Shown: positions 26,701-34,565 of the stretch, piece by piece
How the letters are laid out: every line of letters starts with the position of its first letter
Numbering within the stretch: position 1 is the stretch's first letter
Virus record (IMG/VR): IMGVR_UViG_3300025108_000029
Span: 1-64,000 of that record
Source of the DNA: a virus
Length of the DNA: 64,000 nucleotides
Direction: 5' to 3' (one strand)
Notes under the pieces: model-generated
Database searches by the model: none
Told to the model about the DNA's origin: nothing
What the model saw: the letters and a program-made list of their open reading frames with translations, nothing else
Position numbers and translations under genes: made by a program

Positions 26701-29555
26701 GGTTACAACGCCGTTCAAGTGAATCTGCTCTTGGTAAACAACCTACACGCTGGAAAACCGATGCTGGTTTTATTGACAAAGTGGCTAAAAATAGTCGTAA
26801 CGCTGTCCTTGAAGCCGCAAAAAAATTATTACCTATAGTTATGGAACATGACCCAAATCATTTTGACATTAACGACCCGGAGAAGTTTATGGCGAATCAT
26901 AACCGTTTAATGTATGACGCTGAACGGTGGCTTGCAAATGCAGACCATAGTGTACACGGTATCAAAGCACCTGTTTACAGAACATCGGATGAAAGTAAAA
27001 CAGTTACTTCAAAGCAAAAAGGCTTTCATCGTGATGTAATGAGTCACATGCTCGACAACAGTTTTGAATTAAACGGTAACATGACACCCGATGAAGTCTT
27101 AGAAGGTATGGGATTAGAAGGTAAGACAAGTCAACAAAAAGCACGATTAAGAGAACATGTACAAAAAATAATTGATGAGTCAAATGTAAGAGAAGTTCCG
27201 TTGCGTGTTGCGACTGTCGGACAGTTAATGACGAGTGGTAATTTTGATGACGAGTTTTCACTTCATCGTATTCACGCTGATGAACAATTCGCTCAAGACT
27301 ATCAAGACGGTGGAATACACACTGCTATTGATAACGCTCAATCGAGAACTAAAAACTGGAAAGCACATCCTATTCATGGTATAGTAGGTACTGTCGGACA
27401 GCATAGATTTGACTCATCGCAATATGGTAGTAATATGTCAAACAACGGTTTATCCTACTATCCAGCCGGTGGTAAACTCGATGTGCATAACAGATTAGGT
27501 GCTGGTAAAGGTGGTAAAAAGCCTTACACGAGAAGAACAAAAAATTACCTTGATAGTATTGTAAGTTTAGATATTGATGCTGTAAATGCTGATAATATGA
27601 CACCTACGCAAGAAATTGTGAGAACGCTTGGTATTAACGGTGAACCAGTACCTATTGGTGGGGTTAATCCTTCTTCATTCGGAATTATGCCTACACACAC
27701 TGGTGCTGATGTAGTCCACTCTTCTGCTGTCCCTCAACAGTCATCATTTGGTATCGAGTTTGATTCTCAAGGACAACCATCGGTCGGTACTTACACTGAA
27801 CCTCAATTATACCATCCTACTTGGCAAGGTGCATTAGAGGAACTCCACGGCACAGATATGACAAATCATTTGTTGGAAACATTACCACCACATCAAAATC
27901 CTACTCCACCTTTTATGGATTATGACAAAGAAACTTTTGATATATTCGGAGAAAACAACCCTACTGCTCTTAACTTGAGTGAAATGAGTGAATATATTAC
28001 TTCTCTTTTAAATCCCGATGTGCTTTTGACAAAAGCCGATGATGCTGAATGGTGTCCTCCGGTAAGACCGATGCACCGCATATTCGATTTAAGTGACCTT
28101 GAACACCTAAGAGGGTTTAGCGGTTCATGGGTAGTCAGTAAGTGGTACGATGGTAAGCGAGTTATTATCGTACAAAACGATAATGAAATCACTACTTATG
28201 ATGAAAATGGGCGCAAGGTTGGATTAAAGAAAGCATTCAAAGAAAGCCTCGCTGAATTAAACGACAATAACTTTGTCATTGATGGTATTGTAGGTGAAGA
28301 AGACTTGAACATTATTGATATTATCAACTATGATGATACCAATGTTGCTGAAATGTTAATGCATGAACGCATGAAAGTTCTAAGAGGGCAGTTCGATAGC
28401 CATGAAAATGTCATCATTCCCGGCCCGCATGATACAAAAATGACTGATGATGAGGGTCTTGAAGACGCTGTTAAAATCCTACAAGAAGACCACGGTATAG
28501 TTTTGTTACGAGATAATAAATCCACATACATGAAAGGAGAGCGTCGTCATCCTAAGTGGTTGTTATTGCGTGAAAGTCGTGATTTTAACTTTATCATTCT
28601 TGACCGTCGAGGTAAAGGACCATACACATATCAACTTGGTGCAGGGCCGATTCTTGACGGTGAAGCATTAGGTAATCGTGCCGTCACATACAAGAACAAT
28701 TTCTACATGGATGTAGGTACAGCCCACAGACAACAAAGAACCTTCAAAGTTGGCGATATAGTAAGAGCAACTGTAACAGGAGTTACAAAAAAGCGTAGAA
28801 AAAATCGAGATGTGTTCAATGTACAAGTGCGTGAAATAGAAAGTGAAGGTGAAGGTGAAGGTGCGGCCAGTGCTGAATCATTAGACCTTATGACAAAATC
28901 GTTTGCACCTTTGCTTATACCCCATGATATAGAATACAATGATGGTGTATTACAAGTTATACTCAAAGGTGTAGATACAGTATCGTATCAAGTTACACAT
29001 ATGGATGACAACTGGTATCTACATGACCCTTCTTCGGCTTTAGGTGATTTGACTAAATCGAATTATTCTCTCACTCTTGCTGAAAGCCTTCATCCGTTTT
29101 GGCATTCAGTAGCACCGTTGATGCTTGACGGTCATCTCGTAAAAACAGAAATGGATGAAAAGAAAGTGCCAAGTCGTAAAAGACAAGAAGAACAATCAGC
29201 CGGAGTTCTTGATGCTAAAGACGATAACCGCCTTCTTAAACCATCAACTAAGAAGGCTCTTGATGTAATTAGTCGTGCTTTAGACAGACTCGCTAAAGAA
29301 AAACTTACTTGGACAGGGCCGAAAGGTTTGGGTATTGACATGGCTACACCGGTAGAATCACCAAGTGGTCCTACGAGATTAACAGAAGAAAGTAACTTAC
29401 CCGACTATGATGGTAAAGTAAGACCGGATGAAAAGGATGGTGTTGATTCGGATGATAAAAAGAAAAAACCCATTACGCATGTTGAAATGAAGACTGATGC
29501 AGACGAGTCTATCGTTTTAGATGATGAAGACGGTACTCCTACTCTTTCAGTGTGA
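23709..29555 (+). CDS. 1948-aa head-module protein with C-terminal degenerate ATP-dependent DNA ligase fold
   Basis: SKWYDGKR, FVIDG, NIIDII, YMKGERRHPKW and OB-like YMDVGT...VGDIV in ~28030-28900; His-rich unknown N-region. Confidence 0.8.
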   Translation: MVAEQFNIAKDELLLSLADGNDLAFSAAEYIIAWESLNKAPTDTLSKSLKYTAELIQKEEDKAAKVEKVKSYKEGPGFLLAHHHTHGEQTNHVWKDSLSGADNVRESHAVWPRYVPTSSHPYREHNYPFHHTNHPLLRMDSSKGNAGYVEVLRSHIFGGHSKEEAQMEKEFQKYLETKKSPLVHGYNGKKILGSLRHHKSNYSHQHDLYERDYQRWNKLNSDLKDQYLADGRSAEETENRLRVDHFNQRAKQWQSGGYVVDENGDNHAVGLGQEGYHLGLEWLNPEERTAVMRHLHEKGVDNHNEIKLPNGEFIPTARLTWNNLMRRTPEKNWALRASGHFGPNGHLRQETLEGDFRQGDNRFSQGVIGEAAHTYEIGGQPISHYIAEAIHNRFGIELPDGDNEGVGKPFDILPRLGLHSKPVQDSYSLKDLRAGTFKHYKKSKGMDPKHTRMPMEDVLFLAGYDPKTRKPLLNHPIYGEMDGPIIPLHDLEQMESEAKSHGSLSSLAKEMRTDLAYLQSPHGPHPDEEKPKFWRFDKGGNHTIGPAKFWSKPFAQVGGADMTLATYNENVHSVAHNEDELTEEEKIEQAYANIASNEPVDITGGAQNEDTAHIPTPFQQKKKDMSSPSTSGLFEVNEQHHGQLHPNPINMALGMHFGPEKSREIGQVEKQKGGATKFVRFQDGDILQNLFSPANAFTKTSSGDKHNWTLHQSTYNPQLLHSLRTMSNDEKKKLKVDTIKQTLHSHNPLKTSQPESTYGAHTSDAPIGEKARANHWRKTMLGQTLDPYKPQKNSVQPLKDLMSGNIPVSFGVDHEDYMDFLGWGVKQPNFNNVKNYITSPDSAKALRILTAIAKETGSNSPNRILNNINDLTEDNPMYADIKHRMEKEGSYLNDGDIDELKGWLNSFEVQLRQKKGKEAEAKNQRSKTSIQATEDTTFTTRTIDSALKFGGMLPAMQKEKELSERLNVITEMIQYMDSPEQVQSLRRELDEGQVELNRLQRRSSESALGKQPTRWKTDAGFIDKVAKNSRNAVLEAAKKLLPIVMEHDPNHFDINDPEKFMANHNRLMYDAERWLANADHSVHGIKAPVYRTSDESKTVTSKQKGFHRDVMSHMLDNSFELNGNMTPDEVLEGMGLEGKTSQQKARLREHVQKIIDESNVREVPLRVATVGQLMTSGNFDDEFSLHRIHADEQFAQDYQDGGIHTAIDNAQSRTKNWKAHPIHGIVGTVGQHRFDSSQYGSNMSNNGLSYYPAGGKLDVHNRLGAGKGGKKPYTRRTKNYLDSIVSLDIDAVNADNMTPTQEIVRTLGINGEPVPIGGVNPSSFGIMPTHTGADVVHSSAVPQQSSFGIEFDSQGQPSVGTYTEPQLYHPTWQGALEELHGTDMTNHLLETLPPHQNPTPPFMDYDKETFDIFGENNPTALNLSEMSEYITSLLNPDVLLTKADDAEWCPPVRPMHRIFDLSDLEHLRGFSGSWVVSKWYDGKRVIIVQNDNEITTYDENGRKVGLKKAFKESLAELNDNNFVIDGIVGEEDLNIIDIINYDDTNVAEMLMHERMKVLRGQFDSHENVIIPGPHDTKMTDDEGLEDAVKILQEDHGIVLLRDNKSTYMKGERRHPKWLLLRESRDFNFIILDRRGKGPYTYQLGAGPILDGEALGNRAVTYKNNFYMDVGTAHRQQRTFKVGDIVRATVTGVTKKRRKNRDVFNVQVREIESEGEGEGAASAESLDLMTKSFAPLLIPHDIEYNDGVLQVILKGVDTVSYQVTHMDDNWYLHDPSSALGDLTKSNYSLTLAESLHPFWHSVAPLMLDGHLVKTEMDEKKVPSRKRQEEQSAGVLDAKDDNRLLKPSTKKALDVISRALDRLAKEKLTWTGPKGLGIDMATPVESPSGPTRLTEESNLPDYDGKVRPDEKDGVDSDDKKKKPITHVEMKTDADESIVLDDEDGTPTLSV

Positions 29556-29595
29556 AAGAAACATTCTATATACCATGACAATGAATCGGAGGGTA

Positions 29596-30987
29596 ATGTT
29601 GTCCTTAAAGCGACCCACCTCCGGCATTGCTCTCATTAAGGGCAGTTCCGATATGGTTATCGCTGGCTACGCATCAGTTGAACTGGTGGACAAGCAAGGC
29701 GACCTTATTACTCGTTCAGCACTAAAGGATGCATTTGGCGGATTCATGAAGAGTGAGAAGTTCCGTAATGTTCAACTCGCTCACTCAAATATTCAAGTTG
29801 GAGAAGTTATTGACTCCTATGTAGATTCAAATGGTCGGATGTGGAAGTCCGAAGTTGATGATGCCGGTATGTTTGTCGTTGTTTCACTTCGCAACGATAT
29901 TGAAAAGGCTCGTGAAGTGGCCGCAGAAATCCGTAAAGGTAATCTGCAAGGATTTTCCATCGGTGGACAAGCATTCAAGAGAGTGCGAAAATCGGATGGG
30001 GAACATGGAGACTACCAAGAAATTAGTAAAATGGAACTGCACGAAATAACGATATGTGAAAAAGGGATTAACCCCGAAGCGCAGTTTCGTATTTTAAAGG
30101 AGGACACCCACATGACAACAGAAAATGATTTGAATAATGTAATGAGCAGACTTGAAGCACGACTTGACGCTATGGAAAAAGGCGAAATGCCTCCCGGCCT
30201 TAAGGAACATATGAACGATAAAAAAGACGATTCCGACGATGAAAAGAAGGAAAACCCATTCGCCGCAAAAAAAGACGAAGAAAAGGATGACGAGGATATG
30301 AAAGACGACAAAATGTATGCAAAGAGCGAGTACAGTGATGTAATTACTGCTGAATACCTAAACTGGATGGAGGACACTCTCAAATCCGCTGGTGTTGACA
30401 CTATGCAAGCACGAACACACTTCGATAATTTGGAAAAGGCGCAACTTGGCGGCTTCGACAACCCCGATGCTGTTGATGGTGCTGACTACTTCGCCGGACA
30501 AGTCCGAGGTCGAGGTCAAGAAAACGGTTCACCTTCAACCGGTGCAATCTCCGCAATCTCTTCAACTGGTGGTAAAACACCATCCGGCGCACTTGGGCCT
30601 GTTTCAATGGCTAAGGGTTACATTAACCCAAGCAATGTTTCAGCATCCGATGTTGAAGCCGCTTACGAAGTTTACAAAGCCGCCGCAATGGAACAAGGAT
30701 TCCGTGGCGACCTTGAATCTCAATTCGCATCTCGCTTTGCAGAAGAACAAAAAATTGCAAAGCATGAAGCAGAAAAAGCCGAGTTCGACGCTCGTGCGCC
30801 TCTTAACGAAGTCATGAAGTCAATTAACGCACTAAGTGAGCGTATTGATAACATTGGTATTCAAGGAACATCAATTCAAAAGTCGGCTTCTTCATCTAAT
30901 GTTGAAGTCCCATCCACACAAGACTTGAGTAACATGTCTTGGGATGAAGTACACAATCTCGCCGGTTCGGTCATTCGAGGGGCTTGA
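29596..30987 (+). CDS. Prohead protease (HK97-type) fused to scaffold
   Basis: IAGYASVELVDKQGD, QLAH, GFSIGG, LHEITICEKGINPEA; GGAGG RBS before ATG 29596; immediately upstream of the MCP. Confidence 0.9.
   Translation: MLSLKRPTSGIALIKGSSDMVIAGYASVELVDKQGDLITRSALKDAFGGFMKSEKFRNVQLAHSNIQVGEVIDSYVDSNGRMWKSEVDDAGMFVVVSLRNDIEKAREVAAEIRKGNLQGFSIGGQAFKRVRKSDGEHGDYQEISKMELHEITICEKGINPEAQFRILKEDTHMTTENDLNNVMSRLEARLDAMEKGEMPPGLKEHMNDKKDDSDDEKKENPFAAKKDEEKDDEDMKDDKMYAKSEYSDVITAEYLNWMEDTLKSAGVDTMQARTHFDNLEKAQLGGFDNPDAVDGADYFAGQVRGRGQENGSPSTGAISAISSTGGKTPSGALGPVSMAKGYINPSNVSASDVEAAYEVYKAAAMEQGFRGDLESQFASRFAEEQKIAKHEAEKAEFDARAPLNEVMKSINALSERIDNIGIQGTSIQKSASSSNVEVPSTQDLSNMSWDEVHNLAGSVIRGA
30112..30987 (+). 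CDS. Nested in-frame scaffold protein (internal start)
   Basis: AAGGAGG at 30097-30103, then in-frame ATG 30112 right after the protease domain; coiled-coil/acidic product. Confidence 0.6.
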   Translation: MTTENDLNNVMSRLEARLDAMEKGEMPPGLKEHMNDKKDDSDDEKKENPFAAKKDEEKDDEDMKDDKMYAKSEYSDVITAEYLNWMEDTLKSAGVDTMQARTHFDNLEKAQLGGFDNPDAVDGADYFAGQVRGRGQENGSPSTGAISAISSTGGKTPSGALGPVSMAKGYINPSNVSASDVEAAYEVYKAAAMEQGFRGDLESQFASRFAEEQKIAKHEAEKAEFDARAPLNEVMKSINALSERIDNIGIQGTSIQKSASSSNVEVPSTQDLSNMSWDEVHNLAGSVIRGA

Positions 30988-30994
30988 AAATAAA

Positions 30995-31025
30995 AAAAAA
31001 ATAATGGAGAGTGAAATATATGGCA
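30995..31025 (+). promoter_or_regulatory. Conserved 5' leader, copy 1 (MCP)
   Basis: AAAAAAATAATGGAGAGTGAAATATATGGCA, nearly identical to 32132-32162. Confidence 0.7.
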
Positions 31026-32120
31026 CGAGACTACATACGAAGCGTAACTGACATGGAACGGTACTTTTACGGTGCTGGTAATGCAATGGGATATTCCTAC
31101 AGCGGTAGCGAATTGCTCAAGGCTGACAGCCCAATGATGAGTACTACAGCAGGAACTTACCAAGCGATTTATGGTCGCAAGGTTTGGTCGCAATTGAACC
31201 AAGAGTTCAATGCATTCTCAATTCTACCAAAGCGACCTTGGGAACGCAGTGGATGGCGAGTCATCACTGAACGACCTTCGTTCAGCGTTGGTGGCGGTGT
31301 TGCAGAAAACGCAACTCTACCGGACACTACCAAGCCTACCTTCCAACACATTGCCGCAAAGCCAAAGACGATTGTTCACACATTCGACATGAGCGAAACC
31401 GCAATGTTCCTTGCTGACAAGGATGACGGACTGGGTGACATTCGCTCAATCCTCAAAGAAGAAATGGGTAAGCACCACGCCGAGCATATCAATAAAATGT
31501 TGCTCGTTGACAAGGCTACCGTTGCTGGAAACGATTTCGAGTCTCTTGACCGTATCGCTACTGGCCTCGTTGCTGGTTCAGCAGAAGACATCTACTCGAT
31601 TGACCGAAGTGAAAACTCTTGGTCTGTTGCAGAAGAAGACTCCAACGGTGGTACTGACAGAACTCTTTCTCTCGACCACTTGGACAGTATTTTCCAAAAG
31701 TGTTGGACTCGTGGTGGTAATCCAAAGGTTATCCTCACTGGATATGACACTTTGATGCGCCTTCAACAACTTCTACAATCGCAACAGCGTTTCATGGAAG
31801 AAAAGCGTATCACCCCTACCTACAATGGTGTTAAGGGTGTACCGGGAATTGAAGCAGGATTTATCGTTGCTACTTACAACGGTGTTCCTATCATCCCATC
31901 TAAGGATGTTCAAGCAGACACATTGAGCCGTATGTATTTCCTCGACACGGATTACCTCTACTTCTCTACTGCTATCCCAACGCAATACTTTGAGTCCGGT
32001 ATCGAAACCGGCGACCCATTCGCAATCAACCGTCTTGGACAAGAAGGAATGTATCGAACTATGGGAGAACTATGGACTACTTTCTTCGGAGGACACGCTT
32101 CAATTCGTGACCTAAAGTGA
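31020..32120 (+). CDS. Major capsid protein (HK97 fold)
   Basis: Follows protease/scaffold; ~366 aa; GGGVAENATLP, KPKTIVHTF, YNGVPIIPS; predicted leader ending LLK34|A. Confidence 0.9.
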   Translation: MARDYIRSVTDMERYFYGAGNAMGYSYSGSELLKADSPMMSTTAGTYQAIYGRKVWSQLNQEFNAFSILPKRPWERSGWRVITERPSFSVGGGVAENATLPDTTKPTFQHIAAKPKTIVHTFDMSETAMFLADKDDGLGDIRSILKEEMGKHHAEHINKMLLVDKATVAGNDFESLDRIATGLVAGSAEDIYSIDRSENSWSVAEEDSNGGTDRTLSLDHLDSIFQKCWTRGGNPKVILTGYDTLMRLQQLLQSQQRFMEEKRITPTYNGVKGVPGIEAGFIVATYNGVPIIPSKDVQADTLSRMYFLDTDYLYFSTAIPTQYFESGIETGDPFAINRLGQEGMYRTMGELWTTFFGGHASIRDLK

Positions 32121-32131
32121 TGGTGATTGAG

Positions 32132-32162
32132 AAAAAAATAATGGAGATGAAATATTATGGCA
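32132..32162 (+). promoter_or_regulatory. Conserved 5' leader, copy 2
   Basis: AAAAAAATAATGGAGATGAAATATTATGGCA. Confidence 0.7.
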
Positions 32163-32621
32163 ACACAAACAGAAGTACACAAAGGCATGACAATCAGTTA
32201 CGAAACTGGTGACTTTACTGACGGCACAGTTGATGTCCTCTTGGACCTTGACTTGCGAACAGGAACACCAAATAGTGAAACAGGTTGGTTGGATGGTAAC
32301 TCCGGTGGTTCTTACCCCGGTAATCTTACAGGTTTCAAAGCAAGTAACGCTGACGGCAATGCCGCTGGTAGTATGCGCTTGATTACTGTTGCATTCACAC
32401 TCGCTGATGCGGCTGAACAAACAATGGTTTTCACCGCTGGTGTTTCAAAAATTATTGGAATCCTCGGAACTACTTGTGCAGTAGCAGATAAGACACTATC
32501 CGCTACCTTTACCAATGTAGGTACTGCGGCTTTTGCTAAGACTGGTGGCGCACTTCCGGGCCTCACTCTTCACGGTGAAGCGGCTGGCGCAGGAACAGTT
32601 ACAGCAATTGTACTCAATTGA
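32157..32621 (+). CDS. Putative capsid decoration/minor capsid protein
   Basis: G/T/A-rich beta-type sequence directly after the MCP, with the same leader. Confidence 0.6.
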   Translation: MATQTEVHKGMTISYETGDFTDGTVDVLLDLDLRTGTPNSETGWLDGNSGGSYPGNLTGFKASNADGNAAGSMRLITVAFTLADAAEQTMVFTAGVSKIIGILGTTCAVADKTLSATFTNVGTAAFAKTGGALPGLTLHGEAAGAGTVTAIVLN

Positions 32622-32631
32622 GGTGGGCTAA

Positions 32632-33012
32632 ATGCCTACTGTTACCTTTTTAGGTCCGTTCTTTGAGCGACCGATGCGACATACAATGGGTATGTGGACT
32701 CGTGGTGAAATAGTCGAAGTAAGTCAACAATGGCTTGACGAATGGCGACATACACTGCCTACTTCACTCTTTTTGATTGAAGGTGAAGAAGAAAATACCA
32801 CAGACGCAGGTAATGACGGTTTACCCGACACAGGGTGGAGTCGTAAAGACATTATCACATGGTTAAGGAATAAAAATATCTCGACAGGAAGCGGTTATCT
32901 CACGAAGACAGCCGGACTTAAACTTGTAGAAGAATATTTGAATCCCGCACCCGTTGAGGAAACTTTAAGTCAAGTCGAAGACACCACAGAAACAACAGGA
33001 GATGAAGAATAA
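32632..33012 (+). CDS. Hypothetical protein with HeH/Rho-N-like C-terminal motif
   Basis: WSRKDIITWLRNKNI...TKTAGLKLV. Confidence 0.65.
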   Translation: MPTVTFLGPFFERPMRHTMGMWTRGEIVEVSQQWLDEWRHTLPTSLFLIEGEEENTTDAGNDGLPDTGWSRKDIITWLRNKNISTGSGYLTKTAGLKLVEEYLNPAPVEETLSQVEDTTETTGDEE

Positions 33013-33338
33013 TGGCCGCAAGCACAGCAACAATTGACCCCCGACCAAGCGTATTTGGAGATAGAATGATTATAACCGGTAGTTTTACTGCTGGTGACAC
33101 AGGAGTTCTCGCAATTGATTTAAGTTCCCACTTTTCAAGCATTGATATGGCACATGCTAATTTTGCAGGTGACATCGCCCCAATGACAATCAATGATACA
33201 GGTGGTGCTGGCGACCAACAGGATGTCTTTATCAACCCACTTTGTAACATTGATGGAACAAATGTACGCATCGCATCCGGTTTAGTCGGACACCCTCTAA
33301 TCGCCGGAACTTTCATGGCAATCGGTCGTCGCTCTTGA
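33012..33338 (+). CDS. Putative structural protein
   Basis: 108 aa, beta-rich, coupled to its neighbours. Confidence 0.7.
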   Translation: MAASTATIDPRPSVFGDRMIITGSFTAGDTGVLAIDLSSHFSSIDMAHANFAGDIAPMTINDTGGAGDQQDVFINPLCNIDGTNVRIASGLVGHPLIAGTFMAIGRRS

Positions 33339-33349
33339 GGTGATGACAA

Positions 33350-33553
33350 ATGGCTTCACTGACTAAAGTAGGCGTAAAGTGCTTTGGCCCTTTTTCACCT
33401 AAAGAAGTAAGCGCACCTGCTACATGGGCGGCGACGGTTGAAGACCTTATCCAAGCGGTTGCTGATTCAAGCAGTACGAGTTCTGTAATTGATACCGAAG
33501 TGTTTCCTGTGTTGGGTAACATTTTTGTTATGGTGACATACCAACTCGCTTGA
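33350..33553 (+). CDS. Small hypothetical protein
   Basis: 67 aa; GAGGTG RBS. Confidence 0.7.
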   Translation: MASLTKVGVKCFGPFSPKEVSAPATWAATVEDLIQAVADSSSTSSVIDTEVFPVLGNIFVMVTYQLA

Positions 33554-33564
33554 GGTGAGTAGGT

Positions 33565-33864
33565 ATGGGATTCGATGTTCGTTCTCTTGACCTTAGTGAC
33601 ATGGTTCGCTCGAAGAAGCAAGGCGTTAAAGTTGATACTGACTACGGTTCTTCGGCTGTAACGAATGAACAAAACCCACTTAAGGGTATTACATCTCAAC
33701 AGCGTAACCGCAACCGTAATATCGGTGATGTGATGAACATAGGTGCGGGAACACGCTGTAAGCACTGCGGCTTTCTTCATTTTCTATGGAGAGCCACATG
33801 TGGTAGTTGCGATAAACCAATGGAATATAACTTAGAAAATCGTGACGAAAAGAACAGGTTGTGA
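33565..33864 (+). CDS. Zn-ribbon protein
   Basis: CKHCG...CGSC; GAGGTG RBS. Confidence 0.75.
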   Translation: MGFDVRSLDLSDMVRSKKQGVKVDTDYGSSAVTNEQNPLKGITSQQRNRNRNIGDVMNIGAGTRCKHCGFLHFLWRATCGSCDKPMEYNLENRDEKNRL

Positions 33865-33868
33865 AAGG

Positions 33869-34552
33869 ATGAAAGTACTAATTAAAGCCGTAATGCCTCA
33901 CCGACAAAAAGTTCTTACTCAAGACGGCCAAGAAATGCGCCTTCAACAATGGGCGAACAAGCAAGCCGCTTCTGCTCTCCGTGGTGCTGGCGGCGATGCT
34001 CAAGGTGAACAATTCTCACAGTCTCGTGATATGCTCATGAGAGATGCTGTAGAGAACCCGGAGAAGCATGGACTAAAGTTTATGGGCGAGAGGCTACCCT
34101 TTGAGGGGCAAAACCTCCAAGAATCGCTTAGTGAACCTACTTTTGACAACGAGGCTGATAAAGAAATAGCGGATTTTCACCATGAAGAAGAATTACGCAC
34201 TCATGGTAAGGATGAAAGCGAAATAGAAAGGGATGCTCGTTATCCGGGTGGTGTTAAATTACCCGGAGAAGAATTGCCTAATTTGTTTGACAGTGAAGGT
34301 AAACTCCGTGATGGTATGCCGCCCGAAGAAGAAGAGTTCGACCCCGATGCCGAGGCTGAACACATGCGTCGTATCATGAACTCTCGTGATGTTCCTATGC
34401 GTGATGCTTGGAGTATATTGAAAAATGACGAGAAATGCCCGATTCATGGTGATAAATTAGAAATGACAGGCGACCATGCTCTTGATAATGAGACAGGACC
34501 ATCGTTCTGTCCTACTTGTGCTAACATGACAGATAAAGAACGGCGAATGTGA
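33869..34552 (+). CDS. Acidic protein with internal tag (VPMRDAWSILKN) and C-terminal Zn finger
   Basis: Start MKVLIKA; CPIH...CPTC after the tag. Confidence 0.75.
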   Translation: MKVLIKAVMPHRQKVLTQDGQEMRLQQWANKQAASALRGAGGDAQGEQFSQSRDMLMRDAVENPEKHGLKFMGERLPFEGQNLQESLSEPTFDNEADKEIADFHHEEELRTHGKDESEIERDARYPGGVKLPGEELPNLFDSEGKLRDGMPPEEEEFDPDAEAEHMRRIMNSRDVPMRDAWSILKNDEKCPIHGDKLEMTGDHALDNETGPSFCPTCANMTDKERRM

Positions 34553-34565
34553 GGGGGGGTAATGT

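Noticed and set aside
28030-28900. Functional replicative DNA ligase
   Set aside because: Key residues of motifs I, III, IV and V appear substituted and the domain is fused into a head-module protein; kept only as a degenerate fold
29521-29595. ORF-track start of the protease at 29521
   Set aside because: Overlaps the upstream gene; GGAGG and a TATATA box (29567-29572) favour ATG 29596
30988-31001. A-run as a terminator
   Set aside because: Archaeal terminators are T-rich on the sense strand; this run is part of the duplicated leader
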